Assembly: GCA_040772485.1 (NCBI GenBank)
Contig: JAXGYC010000009.1
Location: forward strand, 160,001-224,000
Source of the DNA: Sedimentisphaerales bacterium
GTDB lineage: Bacteria > Planctomycetota > Phycisphaerae > Sedimentisphaerales > Anaerobacaceae
Direction of reading: 5' to 3'
Length of the DNA stretch: 64,000 bases
In this document: positions 37,027 through 47,666 of the stretch, piece after piece
How positions within the stretch are numbered: position 1 is the stretch's first letter
How the letters are laid out: each line of letters starts with the position of its first letter
The notes under the pieces: model-generated
Databases searched by the model: none
What the model was told of the DNA's origin: nothing
The model's input: the letters and a program-made list of their open reading frames with translations, nothing else
Made by a program: the position numbers and the translations under genes

Positions 37027-37848
37027 ATGACCAAGCGACGTGGTTTTACCCTGATTGAACTGCTGGTCGTCATCGCCATTATCGCTATCCTGATGGCGAT
37101 CCTGATGCCGGCTTTGCGCCGCGTCAAAGAGCAGGGGCGCATGATCGCCTGCCTGGGCAATCTGAAGCAGTGGAACCTCATCGCGGCGATGCACACCGAG
37201 AGCAACGATGGGAAGTTCTGGCAGAGCGAAGGCAGCGCCTACTGGTGGATCGCCTACCTGGAGGACAAGTACAAAGATTGGAAGGCCAACAAGATCTGGT
37301 TCTGCCCGACCGCGACGAAGCCCATTCGGGACGAAGACGGGCTCAGTCCTCCCACGTTCAACATCTTCAACGCCTGGGGCATCTTCACCAACGCGGATCA
37401 TGCGAACCTCGGGCCCAACGGGATTGCGGGCAGCTACGGCATCAATGGCTATTGTCTGATTCCCTCCGGTGGGACCGCGGGGACCTACGAGGGTGGTGTC
37501 TCCGTCAAAGAGGGGGGCTGGATGACCGCGGGCGCCAAAGGCGCGGGCAATGTCCCCTGGTTCATCGAGGCGTTGCGTTTCGACCTGTGGCCCCTGCACA
37601 CGGATGCCCCGGCCGTGGATGAATTTGCCGCCTGGAGCGGAAACAACTCCGCCCGCTGCGCGATCAACCGGCACCAGGGCTTCCTGAACGTCGCCTTCAT
37701 GGACTGGTCGGTCCGGAAGGTCGGCATCAAAGAGGTCTGGACCCTGCAATGGCACAAGCTGTACAACACCCGCGGGCCCTACACGAAGGCCGGCGGTGTG
37801 ACGGGCGACGACTGGCCCGAGTGGATGCGCCGCTTCGCGGAGTATTGA
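37027..37848 (+). CDS. prepilin-type N-methylation domain protein (DUF1559-like)
   Basis: [28 protein letters not shown]. Confidence 0.9.
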   Translation: MTKRRGFTLIELLVVIAIIAILMAILMPALRRVKEQGRMIACLGNLKQWNLIAAMHTESNDGKFWQSEGSAYWWIAYLEDKYKDWKANKIWFCPTATKPIRDEDGLSPPTFNIFNAWGIFTNADHANLGPNGIAGSYGINGYCLIPSGGTAGTYEGGVSVKEGGWMTAGAKGAGNVPWFIEALRFDLWPLHTDAPAVDEFAAWSGNNSARCAINRHQGFLNVAFMDWSVRKVGIKEVWTLQWHKLYNTRGPYTKAGGVTGDDWPEWMRRFAEY

Positions 37849-37946
37849 TCGGGCGACGACGATATAGGAGAATGGCCGACCAGCAAGGGTCGGCCATTTT
37901 CATGCCTGCGCATCATGAGTTTGCACCGAAACTGGGAGGTCATGGA

Positions 37947-38774
37947 ATGAAGCTGAAAAGGAGTCTTGCGAAGCGTTGCGCTCATGCCGGCTTCACGCTG
38001 ATCGAGCTGCTGGTGGTCATCGCGATCATCGCGATTTTGATGGGCATCCTGATGCCGGCGCTGGCGCGGGTCCGCGAACAGGGCAAGCGCGCCACCTGCC
38101 TGAGCAATCTGAAGCAGTTGACGATCGCCTGGATCATGTATGCCGATGACAACGACGACAAACTGGTCAACGGCGATTCCGGCGAGTACGGCCAGGCGGC
38201 CGCCAACGGGCCGTACTGGGTCCTGAGGGACTGGGAGCGGGCCATGACGGAAGTCCAGAAGCAGAGGGCCATCATGGATGGGGCGCTCTGGCCATACACG
38301 CGGGATCTGAAGCTCTACAAGTGCCTGAGCGTGGAACGCAAGGTCATGGACTACTACGGGTACACCGCTCCTCCGGTCCGGACCTACTCCATCTGCGACT
38401 CGATGAACTGCAAGGCCTGGCCGAGTGAGATGAAGACGACGTTGACCAAGCTGCGGATGAAGATCAAGGATCCGGCGTTTCGCGGCGTGTTCCTCGACGA
38501 CGGCGGGACGTGCCCGTCGGCCCTGGGCGGCTGGACGGTATGGGCGACGAAGTGGTCGTGGTGGGACCCGCCTCCGGTGCGGCATGGGGATGGGACCACG
38601 TTCTCGTTCGCCGACGGCCACGCCGACTACCGCAAGTGGAAGGATCAACGGACCGTCGATTTCGGCAAGCGCATCCCACCTCAAGCCAACACGGGAGAGA
38701 TCGATCAGGACAACGAGGATATCTACTGGTCGTCGCTGACGGTGTGGGGCGCGGCGGAGACGCGCATGCCCTAA
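37947..38774 (+). CDS. prepilin-type N-methylation domain protein (H-X9-DG)
   Basis: [24 protein letters not shown]. Confidence 0.9.
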   Translation: MKLKRSLAKRCAHAGFTLIELLVVIAIIAILMGILMPALARVREQGKRATCLSNLKQLTIAWIMYADDNDDKLVNGDSGEYGQAAANGPYWVLRDWERAMTEVQKQRAIMDGALWPYTRDLKLYKCLSVERKVMDYYGYTAPPVRTYSICDSMNCKAWPSEMKTTLTKLRMKIKDPAFRGVFLDDGGTCPSALGGWTVWATKWSWWDPPPVRHGDGTTFSFADGHADYRKWKDQRTVDFGKRIPPQANTGEIDQDNEDIYWSSLTVWGAAETRMP

Positions 38775-38890
38775 CGCGTCGAACGCGACTGGGCGAGAGA
38801 ATCCGGATAGAGGATCTGAAATCGGCCGGACCGTTGCGGCGCGCGGTCCGGCGTTTCGCACGCGTGGCAGTCTTGAGGAGAATTGCAGCG

Positions 38891-39676
38891 ATGCAGAAGC
38901 CCAGAGCATTCACCCTCATCGAATTGCTGGTCGTCATCGCCATCATCGCACTGCTGATGTCGATCCTGATGCCCGCGCTGTCGCGCGTGCGCAAGCAGGC
39001 GCGCGGCGTCGTGTGCCAGTCGAACCTCAAGCAGTGGGGTCAGATCTGGGCGATGTACTGCGACGACAACAACGGCTTCATGCCTACGCGCAAGTCGGAC
39101 CACGGCCGCTGGATCGATCTGCTGTATCGCTACTACCAGAAGGACCCCAAGTTCCGCGTCTGCCCGGTCGCCAGCAAGATTGCCGCTCCGGAAGGGGCGA
39201 CGGACACCCTGGCGCTCGGGGGCGATGCGGTGACTTCCTGGGGCATCGTGGCGCCCAGCGGCGAGCGGCCCGTCGGCACATGGGGCAGCTACGGCATCAA
39301 TGGCTGGACTTACGTCTGCGGCGACGAGGTCCTGTACGGCAAGCCGAAAGCGTTCTTCTGGAAGACGCCCAACATCAAAGGTGCGGCGCAGGTGCCGTTG
39401 TTTCTCGATGGCTGGTTCTGGTGCGGCTGGCCGGACGACACCGACTCGGTGCCGGTCGTGGACGGTCGGGAAGGGCGTCTTTCCGGCGACACGGATTCGA
39501 TGAACCGCTTCTGCATGAACCGCCACTCGCAGGCGATCAACGCCGTCTTCCTGGACTATTCGGTGCGCAAGGTCTGGCTCAAGGAGATGTGGCGTCTGAA
39601 GTGGAGCAAGCGGTTCGACACCGACGTCGTGAAGGAATGGCCCGACTGGATGGCCGGCTTCAAAGGGGACTACTGA
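38891..39676 (+). CDS. prepilin-type N-methylation domain protein
   Basis: [24 protein letters not shown]. Confidence 0.9.
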   Translation: MQKPRAFTLIELLVVIAIIALLMSILMPALSRVRKQARGVVCQSNLKQWGQIWAMYCDDNNGFMPTRKSDHGRWIDLLYRYYQKDPKFRVCPVASKIAAPEGATDTLALGGDAVTSWGIVAPSGERPVGTWGSYGINGWTYVCGDEVLYGKPKAFFWKTPNIKGAAQVPLFLDGWFWCGWPDDTDSVPVVDGREGRLSGDTDSMNRFCMNRHSQAINAVFLDYSVRKVWLKEMWRLKWSKRFDTDVVKEWPDWMAGFKGDY

Positions 39677-39697
39677 CCGGTCGTCCGTGCCACCGCG

Positions 39698-40570
39698 TCA
39701 CAGGATCACCGTCTTGTGGCGATGGCTGTGACATTCGATGTTGACCGCCACGGGCAGCGACGCGATGTGACAGGGGGCGGTTTCGATCCGCACGCCGAGT
39801 GCGGTGGTGTCGCCTCCAAGCCCCTGCGGGCCCACGCCCAACGCATTGATCCTCGTCAGCAGTTCCCGTTCCATTTGCCCGTAGAATGCATCCGCGTGCG
39901 ACTCGCCCAGGCTGCGCAGCAGAGCCTTCTTGCTCAGCAGACAGCTCAGCTCGAAGTCTCCTCCGATTCCCACGCCCACCACGAACGGCGGACACGCATC
40001 GGCGCCGGCGGTCCGGACGACCTCGACGATCCAATCGATCACGTCGGCTTTCTCGGAAGTGGGCCGGAACATGCGGAACTGGCTCTTGTTCTCGCAGCCG
40101 CCGCCTTTGGCCATGACCGCGATCTTGAGCTTGTCGCCCGGCACGAAGCGGTGGTGCACGATCGCCGGCGTGTTCGTCCCGGTGTTGGTGCGGGCCTTCA
40201 GAGGATCGGCGACCACGCTCTTTCGCAGGTATCCGCTCTCATAGCCGGCGCGGACGCCTTCGTTGATCGCGTCGACGACCGTGGCGGGGCGGTTTGGGGA
40301 CGCATCGCCGACCACGACTTCAGCTCCCTGTTCGACGAAGACAACGGTCAGGCCCGTATCCTGGCAGAGGGGGATCCGGTCCCTCGCCGCGATGGTGGCG
40401 TTTTCGAGCAGTTGGGTGAGGATCTTCGCGGCGGCCGGATTGGATTCCGTCGAAGCGGCCCGTTCGAGCGCCGCCCGGACATCGTCGGGCAACTCGTGAC
40501 AGGCCGCGATGCACAGCGACTCGACGGCCCGGACGATCTGTTCGAATTCGATGGTTCGCACGGCGGCCAC
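39698..40570 (-). CDS. Fe-S hydro-lyase (fumarate hydratase/tartrate dehydratase) alpha subunit
   Basis: PLCQDTG, LRKSVV, NTGTNTP, KGGGCEN, ACPP, CHIASLPVA. Confidence 0.92.
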   Translation of the reverse strand: MAAVRTIEFEQIVRAVESLCIAACHELPDDVRAALERAASTESNPAAAKILTQLLENATIAARDRIPLCQDTGLTVVFVEQGAEVVVGDASPNRPATVVDAINEGVRAGYESGYLRKSVVADPLKARTNTGTNTPAIVHHRFVPGDKLKIAVMAKGGGCENKSQFRMFRPTSEKADVIDWIVEVVRTAGADACPPFVVGVGIGGDFELSCLLSKKALLRSLGESHADAFYGQMERELLTRINALGVGPQGLGGDTTALGVRIETAPCHIASLPVAVNIECHSHRHKTVIL

Positions 40571-40583
40571 GGCCCTCGCTGCG

Positions 40584-42899
40584 TTACGGTTGCGGAGGAG
40601 CCAGCATGCTGAGCTCGAACGTTTTGTACGTGGCGTTGCCCACGTCGTCGCTGATCTTCAGCGCGATGACGTGCTCGCCCGGCTCCAGCTCCTCGGTGAT
40701 CAGCGTGAAGCTCTCGTCGGTGGTGTCGAAGACCAGATCGTCGGGAAGGGTGCTCTTCCACTTGGCGTTGCTGTTGATCGTGTATTCGAGCTTGCCGATC
40801 ACACTCAGGTCGTCCGTGATCTGGAGCTTGAGCGTGGCGGCCTTGCCCACCTTGTCGAGGGCGTACTTGCGAATGACCGGTCCGGTGTTGTCGACAACGA
40901 TGGGATCGCTGATCCGGCTGCCCGTCAGTTTCGTCGTGGGGCTGTTGCCGCGCTCGTCGCTGGCGACGACGCGGACTTCATACCGGCCGTCCTCGACGGT
41001 CTTGCCATCCCATTCGTAGCTGTCGTCCTCGATCGCGTCCTTCAGCTCGATCCAGTGGTCCCGGCCGATCTTGCGGAAATCGATCGTGTACGTGAGCGTG
41101 TCATCGTTGTCGTCGCTGGCTTTGTAGCTGATCTTGAACAGGCCTTCTTTGCCCGACCCGCTCAGCCGGGTGGCCTCCACCGATTCGACCTTGGGCGCCA
41201 GGTTGGGGATCGTGCTGGCCACGGCCACCTCGCGAATCAGCGGCGTCTTCGTGCCGTCCGGCGTTTGCAGCGTCAGCTTGTATTGGCAGAAGCGTCCCAG
41301 CGGGCAGCGCAACTGGATTGGCTCAACGATCTCGGCTTGCTCGGTCCACTCGGAGAAGGTCGGGTCGTTGACGTCCTTGACGTTTCCGCTGCGCGAGGCG
41401 ACGAGCACCTTGCAGCCGCGCGGGACGTCGGCGTCGATTTGCAGCTTGCCCCATTTGGCCGGCTGCCCGGCGTCGATCAGCCCGGAGACGTAGGTTCCTT
41501 CCGAGGCATAGTCCGACGACAGCAGCACGAGCCGGGCCGGATTGGCGGTCCCGATGTACACGTCGCCCTCGATGACCTCGACCGCCGTGATCTGGGCGGC
41601 CTTCTCGTCCTGGTACGCGATCGTGCTGCGCTCGGCCTCGGGATCGATCGAATAGAGCTGCGCGCTGTTGCCCGAGCCGATGAGGATGCTGCCCTTCTGC
41701 TGGGTCAGGCACAGCAGGACCGCCGATTCGCTGAACAGCTCGGTGACGTAACCCTGCTTGGAGATCCGGTAGAGGTAGCTGGCGGTTCCCGGTTTGCTGC
41801 CCCGGGCGACGGGCGCGGGGCGCTGGGAGGATTTCTGGTCGGCTTCCTTCCGGGTGTTGGCGATCTGGAGCTTCATGCCGCCATCGCCGTCGGCGGTGTC
41901 CTTGCGGCTCTCTTCCTTGGGCTCCGGTCGTCCGGCGACGGTCTGGTCGGCCGCAAACTTGCGCTCGTTCTCCACGACCTTGGCGGATGTCGCGGTGGCG
42001 TAGAGATATTCCGCTTCGCCGGGCGTTTCGCCGCCGAACAGCAGCGCGCTGATTTCGGGCTCCTCGCTGTCGTAGAGGACCGTGGCCGACTTGTTGCGCG
42101 GGTTGATCTTGTAGACCAGTCCGCGCGTGTCGCTTCCGGCATAGACGAAGCCGTCCTTGCCGGCCGCCAGGGACAGGATGTTCTTGTCCGGGCTGTCGTA
42201 CACGAGCTGCGCGACCTTGCCCGATGGATCGAGCACGTAGATCTTGCCCTCCGGACCGGTCCCGAGATAGAGGTTCCCCACGTTGTCCGTCTCGATGGCG
42301 AAGATGTACTTGGCGTCGTCCGGCTCGAAGATCGTCTCCATCGTGCCCGTCTCGTACCGGCACAGGCGGCACTTGTTGCCGCTGATGCCGACCACCAGCC
42401 GGCCCGCTACGTCGATCGCCATGGCGAAGATGTGCTCGTTGGAGAACAGCTCCTCTTTTTCGACGGCCTGGTCGCCGGCTTCGTCTTTCTCTTCGGCCGC
42501 CTCCGGGGACGGGGGAGCCTTGGGAACGGCCGGCTGGTCCTTGTCGACGGGGCTTTGGCTCTCCGTCGGATAGATCTTCGTGACGGCGCCGAGGCGGTAT
42601 TTGTAGATGCTGCCGTTCGGACTGGTGCCGATGTAGACGGTGCCTCCGCTGGCAACGATGCTGTTGACCGACCATACGTCATCGAAGTTCGAGGCGAGCA
42701 CCTTGGCGGCCCGACCCAGTTGGATGGTCCCGCGCGAGCTGATTACGACATTCTCCGTCTTGCCTTCGAGCAGTTGCTTGCCGGTGGCTTGGCGCGTGAT
42801 CTTGCTGGTCACCGCTCCCGTCGGACCGACCAGCAGGCCGACCATCATCGCCACCGCGACCGTGCGCAACCGATTCCCACTGCGAAATTCCATTCTCAT
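40584..42899 (-). CDS. secreted beta-propeller protein with C-terminal Ig/FN3-like domains
   Basis: signal peptide; repeats YIGTSPNGSIY, YLGTGPEGKIY, YAGSDTRGLVY; DGRYEVRVVASD, VVDNTGP. Confidence 0.8.
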   Translation of the reverse strand: MRMEFRSGNRLRTVAVAMMVGLLVGPTGAVTSKITRQATGKQLLEGKTENVVISSRGTIQLGRAAKVLASNFDDVWSVNSIVASGGTVYIGTSPNGSIYKYRLGAVTKIYPTESQSPVDKDQPAVPKAPPSPEAAEEKDEAGDQAVEKEELFSNEHIFAMAIDVAGRLVVGISGNKCRLCRYETGTMETIFEPDDAKYIFAIETDNVGNLYLGTGPEGKIYVLDPSGKVAQLVYDSPDKNILSLAAGKDGFVYAGSDTRGLVYKINPRNKSATVLYDSEEPEISALLFGGETPGEAEYLYATATSAKVVENERKFAADQTVAGRPEPKEESRKDTADGDGGMKLQIANTRKEADQKSSQRPAPVARGSKPGTASYLYRISKQGYVTELFSESAVLLCLTQQKGSILIGSGNSAQLYSIDPEAERSTIAYQDEKAAQITAVEVIEGDVYIGTANPARLVLLSSDYASEGTYVSGLIDAGQPAKWGKLQIDADVPRGCKVLVASRSGNVKDVNDPTFSEWTEQAEIVEPIQLRCPLGRFCQYKLTLQTPDGTKTPLIREVAVASTIPNLAPKVESVEATRLSGSGKEGLFKISYKASDDNDDTLTYTIDFRKIGRDHWIELKDAIEDDSYEWDGKTVEDGRYEVRVVASDERGNSPTTKLTGSRISDPIVVDNTGPVIRKYALDKVGKAATLKLQITDDLSVIGKLEYTINSNAKWKSTLPDDLVFDTTDESFTLITEELEPGEHVIALKISDDVGNATYKTFELSMLAPPQP

Positions 42900-42952
42900 C
42901 TCAACTCCCTGTTTCATAAATGCCGCTCCGGCGCTCCAGTTGGCCGGCCGAC

Positions 42953-44827
42953 TCATTCTTCCACCACGATGGGCACGATCTCTCTGTCGCCGATCACGGT
43001 GCCTGTCTCGATAGTCTTCTCGATCCAGTGGGGGTACGGCTGGACCCGCAAGGCCCTCTTTTCGCTTTGCAGGACGACGCTCTTGGTCCCGGGCAGGTCG
43101 GGCAGTTCCGCCTTGTCGAGCGTGATTCCCTCCGGCGGCAACACCAGAATGCAGTAGAGCCGCGTGCGAGGGATGTTCAGCGCCAGGTTCAACGCCTCCA
43201 CGAGCGTCTGGTAGTTCGTCGCGATGAACCGGTAGGGGACGGTCTTGGCCAGGAACCGCTCGTATTCCTGGGCCCCGCAGAGCATCAGGCCGTACTTGCC
43301 CGGCGCCACGCTCTTCGGCACCGGCAGCGTGATCTGATACTTCTTCTTCTGTGCCCGGTACGATTCGATCACCACGTTCACCTCGATGTCTTCGCCCGGC
43401 TTGATGGTCGGATCGACCACGTCGATCGACCAGAGGTGCGACGAGATGCTGTCGGTTCGGATGCGCGCGTCAAAATCCATCGATTGGATCTTGGGCGATC
43501 CGTACGGGTTGTTCATGAGCAGTGCGACCGCGCCGACGATCTCCGAAATCGGTTCGAGCAAGCCGTCGCTGGCCGAGGTGTTTCCGAAACGGATGGCCTG
43601 CCCGTCGTCCAGGTGGATCGCGGAGGTGTATTCAATCGTATGCTCCGGCGGCAGGGGGCCGAGTCGAAGCGCTGCGCCGGCCACCGCCGAACGAGCCAGG
43701 CTCGCGGTCATCGTGTCATTGTAGGCCAGCCGGCACTGGTAGGTGCGCGGCTCGGGGTCGTTGTATCGCTCGATGCGAATCGACAGCGGAATCATGTTGG
43801 GCTCGACGCCGAGCTGCCCGCAGACCCCCGTGATTTCGTCGGTGGTGATGGTGCCGACGATCTTGCCGGCGGCGCCCAGCTTGGACGAGCGCATCACGTT
43901 GGAGATGACCGTGTAGACCTTGCCGCCGGCCATGGGCAGGTTGACCGCGCCGTAGCCCAGGAAGCTGTGCCCGAACGCGTAGACGCGGCCGTCGCGGACC
44001 TCGGTCACCGTGCCCAGCACGTTCATGTTGATGTCGCCGGCGACGAGGGGCATGGTCAGGGCGGCGCCGGGCTTCAACTCCGTGGCCTCTTCGTCACCCG
44101 TGGCGGCGGTGCCGCTCAGACCGGGAACGGCCATGAACCCCATCGCGTCGAAGTGCGAAGCCAGTTCCTGACAGGCCTGGGTCGGAAGGCCCGAGATCAA
44201 CAGCGGGCAGGGCATCGCACTGGCGCCGCTGGGCCCGGCCGATCCGATGAGTCGGCGACGGCTCACCTGCTCGCTGATCTGCGCCAGGTCGATGGGCTTG
44301 GAGAAATCGAAGGCGAAGGCCGGCTGGCGGCGGGCGCCCGGAGCGGCCATCGCCGGATTTGTCCGTCCGACCTCGAGCATCTCCCGGATGGGCGTTACGC
44401 CGTACAGCGGGTCTTTCGCGAACTGCCAGCCGAAGGCCAGCGCTCCGGCCAGACGGCCGTCGATATAGACCGGAGAACCGCTACAGCCGCCCACCGGACC
44501 GGTGTGCTGGAACCGTTCGTCCAGACCCATCACCAGGATGGCGTCGTGCCCCGGATCCACCTCATACACGACGTCCAATACCTTCAATGCGAACTTTTCA
44601 ATCCCGTTGTCGCCGTAGTCGGTCAGACAGTAGGCGTCCATGCCGGGACGGACTTCGTTGATGTCGATATATCGCTGCGGATCCCACGACACACCGGTCG
44701 AACCACGGGCGGCGACGCCGAAGACCAGAACGAGCGCCAGCGCAAGAAGGCCGACGGCCCCGAGACGGCGGCCGAAACAGGTGGATCCTTCTGCGTTCTG
44801 GTGTGGTTTTGCGTCCGTCCCCAGCAT
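42953..44827 (-). CDS. SpoIVB-like (S55) peptidase domain protein
   Basis: GGCSGSPVYIDGRLAGA, GTVT..VYAFGHSF. Confidence 0.85.
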   Translation of the reverse strand: MLGTDAKPHQNAEGSTCFGRRLGAVGLLALALVLVFGVAARGSTGVSWDPQRYIDINEVRPGMDAYCLTDYGDNGIEKFALKVLDVVYEVDPGHDAILVMGLDERFQHTGPVGGCSGSPVYIDGRLAGALAFGWQFAKDPLYGVTPIREMLEVGRTNPAMAAPGARRQPAFAFDFSKPIDLAQISEQVSRRRLIGSAGPSGASAMPCPLLISGLPTQACQELASHFDAMGFMAVPGLSGTAATGDEEATELKPGAALTMPLVAGDINMNVLGTVTEVRDGRVYAFGHSFLGYGAVNLPMAGGKVYTVISNVMRSSKLGAAGKIVGTITTDEITGVCGQLGVEPNMIPLSIRIERYNDPEPRTYQCRLAYNDTMTASLARSAVAGAALRLGPLPPEHTIEYTSAIHLDDGQAIRFGNTSASDGLLEPISEIVGAVALLMNNPYGSPKIQSMDFDARIRTDSISSHLWSIDVVDPTIKPGEDIEVNVVIESYRAQKKKYQITLPVPKSVAPGKYGLMLCGAQEYERFLAKTVPYRFIATNYQTLVEALNLALNIPRTRLYCILVLPPEGITLDKAELPDLPGTKSVVLQSEKRALRVQPYPHWIEKTIETGTVIGDREIVPIVVEE

Positions 44828-44971
44828 GTGTATCCTTTCAATCAGCAGCAGCGCAAAATTCTACTTTTCCGGCAGTTGCATTGCAAGCCGAATTTGTTAC
44901 CATAAAGGCTTGTCTTTCGGTGGCCCGATAACCCGGGCCGGCGTTCCCAGGCATGGACATGGAGAACCAGA

Positions 44972-45796
44972 ATGAAATCGGAGCATCGGCACGAACTGAA
45001 GACCAACGAGCTGGCCGACTGGCTCGCGCACTTTCCGCAGTGGATCCAGGACAACCGGTCGACGCTGATCGGCGCGGTCGTGGTGATCGTTCTGTTGATT
45101 GCCGTGTATTTCGTGCGGTTTTATCGGAAGGACGTGGTGTCCGTTCGCCAGCACGTGCAATTGACCGGTCTGGTGACGCAGATCCCCAGTCAGAAGATGA
45201 CCAGCGCGCGGGCCGCCAGTCAGGGGACGGACCAGTCGATCGCTCTGCTTTCGATCGGGCAGGATCTCAAGAAGTTCGCCGACGGCAGCGGCAACGACCG
45301 TCTGGCCGCTCTGGCCTTGATCAAGCACGCCGAAACGCTGCGGGCCGAGCTGCACTATCGTCCCACCGCCCCCGGAAGCGAAGAGGTCGCGCGGCAGATC
45401 GCGCAGGCGCAGAGCAGTTACCAGGCGGCGCTGTCTCGTGCGGCGTCGATTCCGGCGCTGGCGGCCACGGCGCAGTTCGGACTGGGCCTGTGCGAAGAAG
45501 AGCTGGGCAACCTCGACAAGGCCAAGGAGATCTACCGCGAGGTGGCGCAGAAGGCCGAGTACGACGGCACCGCCGCACGGGCGGCCGCCGCCGATCGTCT
45601 CCGGACCGTAGACGACTATCGCGGCGCAGTGACTTTCCGACCGGCGCCGCCCAGGACGGAGGGCGCATCGGCGCCGCAGGTTCAGATCGCGCCGCTCGAC
45701 GCCAATGCGCCGAGCGACCAGGTCTTCTTCGCGCCGGCGACGCCGGATGCCAACGCGCCCGCGGTGCCTGAGGCGAACGCTCCGGCAGGCAATTGA
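44972..45796 (+). CDS. membrane-anchored TPR (YfgM-like) protein
   Basis: MKSEHRHELKTNEL, one TM, TPR AQFGLGLCEEELGNLDKA. Confidence 0.8.
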   Translation: MKSEHRHELKTNELADWLAHFPQWIQDNRSTLIGAVVVIVLLIAVYFVRFYRKDVVSVRQHVQLTGLVTQIPSQKMTSARAASQGTDQSIALLSIGQDLKKFADGSGNDRLAALALIKHAETLRAELHYRPTAPGSEEVARQIAQAQSSYQAALSRAASIPALAATAQFGLGLCEEELGNLDKAKEIYREVAQKAEYDGTAARAAAADRLRTVDDYRGAVTFRPAPPRTEGASAPQVQIAPLDANAPSDQVFFAPATPDANAPAVPEANAPAGN

Positions 45797-45806
45797 CGGC
45801 AAAGCC

Positions 45807-46793
45807 ATGTGTGAGTTGCCCGAAGTTTACGGTCAACCGGTGACGCTTCACGTGGGCGTCTCGATCCGAGAGCGGAGGATCGACAAGTACCTGCACGGCC
45901 GGTTCCGCAACCTCAGCCGGCACTTCCTCCAGAACGCCATCCGATCCGGCGCCGTCAAGGTCAACGGCCAGCCCGTCAAGCCCAGCTTCAAGCTCAGCCA
46001 CCGCGACGTGATCGAGTTCGTGATGCCCGAGCCGGAGAAGAAGGAGATCGAGCCGGAAGACATCCCCCTGGACGTCCTCTACGAGGACGACGATCTGATC
46101 GTCCTGAACAAGCCGCCTGACCTGATCGTGCATCCGGCGCGGGGCAACAAGCACGGAACGCTTGTCAACGCCCTGGCGCACTACTCCGAGCATCTCTCCA
46201 GCGGACTGGGCGAGTTCCGCCCGGGCATCGTCCATCGGCTCGACCGCAACACGACGGGCGTGATGGTGGTGACCAAGCACGACATGGCGCAGTGGAAGGT
46301 GGCCAAGCAATTCGAGCTGCGGCAGGTCGAGAAGAGCTACCTGGCGATCGTCCACGGCACGCCCGAACTGACCGCCGACCGGATCGATGCGCCGCTCGGC
46401 GTGCACCCGAAGATCCGCGAGAAGTACTCGATTCGTCCCGAGACGGGCAAAGAGGCCGTGACCTTCTACGAGGTCGTCGAGGCCTTTCGCGGCTTTTCGC
46501 TGATCCACTGCAAGCCTCGCACCGGACGGACGCATCAGATCCGCGTGCATCTGTCGCATCTGAAGCATCCGATCGTCGCCGACGACATGTACGGCGGCAA
46601 GCTCGTCTATCCCTGGCAACTCGCCGACGCCGAGCCGGCCGTCGAGGAGCCCGTCATCGGCCGCTGCGCCCTGCACGCCTGGACGCTGGAATTCACCCAC
46701 CCGACCACCGGGCAGCGCGTCCGGTTCGAAGCCCCGCTGCCGGCCGACATGCAGCACCTGCTCGACCTCCTCCGCCGGCATCGCCAAGCCTGA
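45807..46793 (+). CDS. rluD: RluA/RluD-family pseudouridine synthase
   Basis: S4 domain, NKPP, HRLDRNTTG, TGRTHQIRVH, ALHA. Confidence 0.93.
   Translation: MCELPEVYGQPVTLHVGVSIRERRIDKYLHGRFRNLSRHFLQNAIRSGAVKVNGQPVKPSFKLSHRDVIEFVMPEPEKKEIEPEDIPLDVLYEDDDLIVLNKPPDLIVHPARGNKHGTLVNALAHYSEHLSSGLGEFRPGIVHRLDRNTTGVMVVTKHDMAQWKVAKQFELRQVEKSYLAIVHGTPELTADRIDAPLGVHPKIREKYSIRPETGKEAVTFYEVVEAFRGFSLIHCKPRTGRTHQIRVHLSHLKHPIVADDMYGGKLVYPWQLADAEPAVEEPVIGRCALHAWTLEFTHPTTGQRVRFEAPLPADMQHLLDLLRRHRQA
46742..46793 (+). repeat. 3' end of rluD, duplicated at 47682-47733
   Basis: 43-nt match with 4 synonymous differences; stop codons at the same offset (940 bp). Confidence 0.85.
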
Positions 46794-46892
46794 GCGTCGG
46801 CGCGACGGGCGGCGGCATCCCTGAGGCTCTGCTCCGCGTGAGTCTCGCACGGAGCTTGCGACTCTGGGTACCGGATGTGTATAATTGTCCGT

Positions 46893-47366
46893 ATGAGAGA
46901 TCGTGTTTACATGGAGACCAGCGTCGTAAGCTATCTCAGGAGTCGGACCAGCGCGGATACAATTGTTGCTGCCCACCAGGAGCTCACGAGGAAATGGTGG
47001 GACGAGCGAAGGCCTCGTTTCGACGTATTTGTCTCTGAGCTTGTGTACCGGGAAGCCACGGCAGGAGATGCAGCGGCGGCCAAAGCGCGCTTGGAGATTG
47101 TCGCTACGCTCCAGATCCTGACGGTCACGGAAAACGCGGTTTCCCTCGCGGGACTCCTTACGGCGAGGGGCCCCATTCCTGGCGAATACGCGGCGGATGC
47201 CCTGCATGTGGCGATAGCCGCCGTCAATGGGATGGACTATTTGTTGACGTGGAACTGCAAGCATCTTGCCAACGCGGCGCACCGCTCCAGGATTGAATCG
47301 TTGGTCGAGGGCGCCGGTTATATCTGTCCCGTTATCTGTACTCCTGAGGAGCTGATGGAGGATTAA
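46893..47366 (+). CDS. PIN-domain (VapC-like) toxin
   Basis: VYMETSVVSY, ADALHVA, DYLLTWNCKHLANA, ICTPEEL. Confidence 0.9.
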   Translation: MRDRVYMETSVVSYLRSRTSADTIVAAHQELTRKWWDERRPRFDVFVSELVYREATAGDAAAAKARLEIVATLQILTVTENAVSLAGLLTARGPIPGEYAADALHVAIAAVNGMDYLLTWNCKHLANAAHRSRIESLVEGAGYICPVICTPEELMED

Positions 47367-47368
47367 CC

Positions 47369-47539
47369 ATGTGGACCGACCCGATCGTGGAAGAAGTCCG
47401 GCGGGCACGACAGGAATATGCCAGGCAGTTCAACTATGACCTGCACGCTATCGCTGCCGATTTGCGCGAAGCCGAACAGGAGCATGCAGAACGTCTCGTC
47501 TCATTTCCCCCAAAGTCTCCGCAAAAGACAGGCAGTTGA
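47369..47539 (+). CDS. small 56-aa putative antitoxin partner (below the ORF-track cutoff)
   Basis: MWTDPIVEEVRRARQEYARQFNYDLHAI...; GGAGG RBS; 2 nt after the PIN stop. Confidence 0.75.
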   Translation: MWTDPIVEEVRRARQEYARQFNYDLHAIAADLREAEQEHAERLVSFPPKSPQKTGS

Positions 47540-47666
47540 TATCCTTATGTGCCGCTGGGAAGGGCAACCGGCGCCTTTCCCATCGCAACGCGGTCGCGGA
47601 CATCCTCTTCGTCTGTCTTGAAAGACGGAGACTCTCCGCCGTAGCCGGCAAACCCGCCTGACAGCC

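Noticed and set aside
40509..44905. Plus-strand ORFs of 882 and 661 aa
   Set aside because: Shadows of the beta-propeller and SpoIVB-like genes
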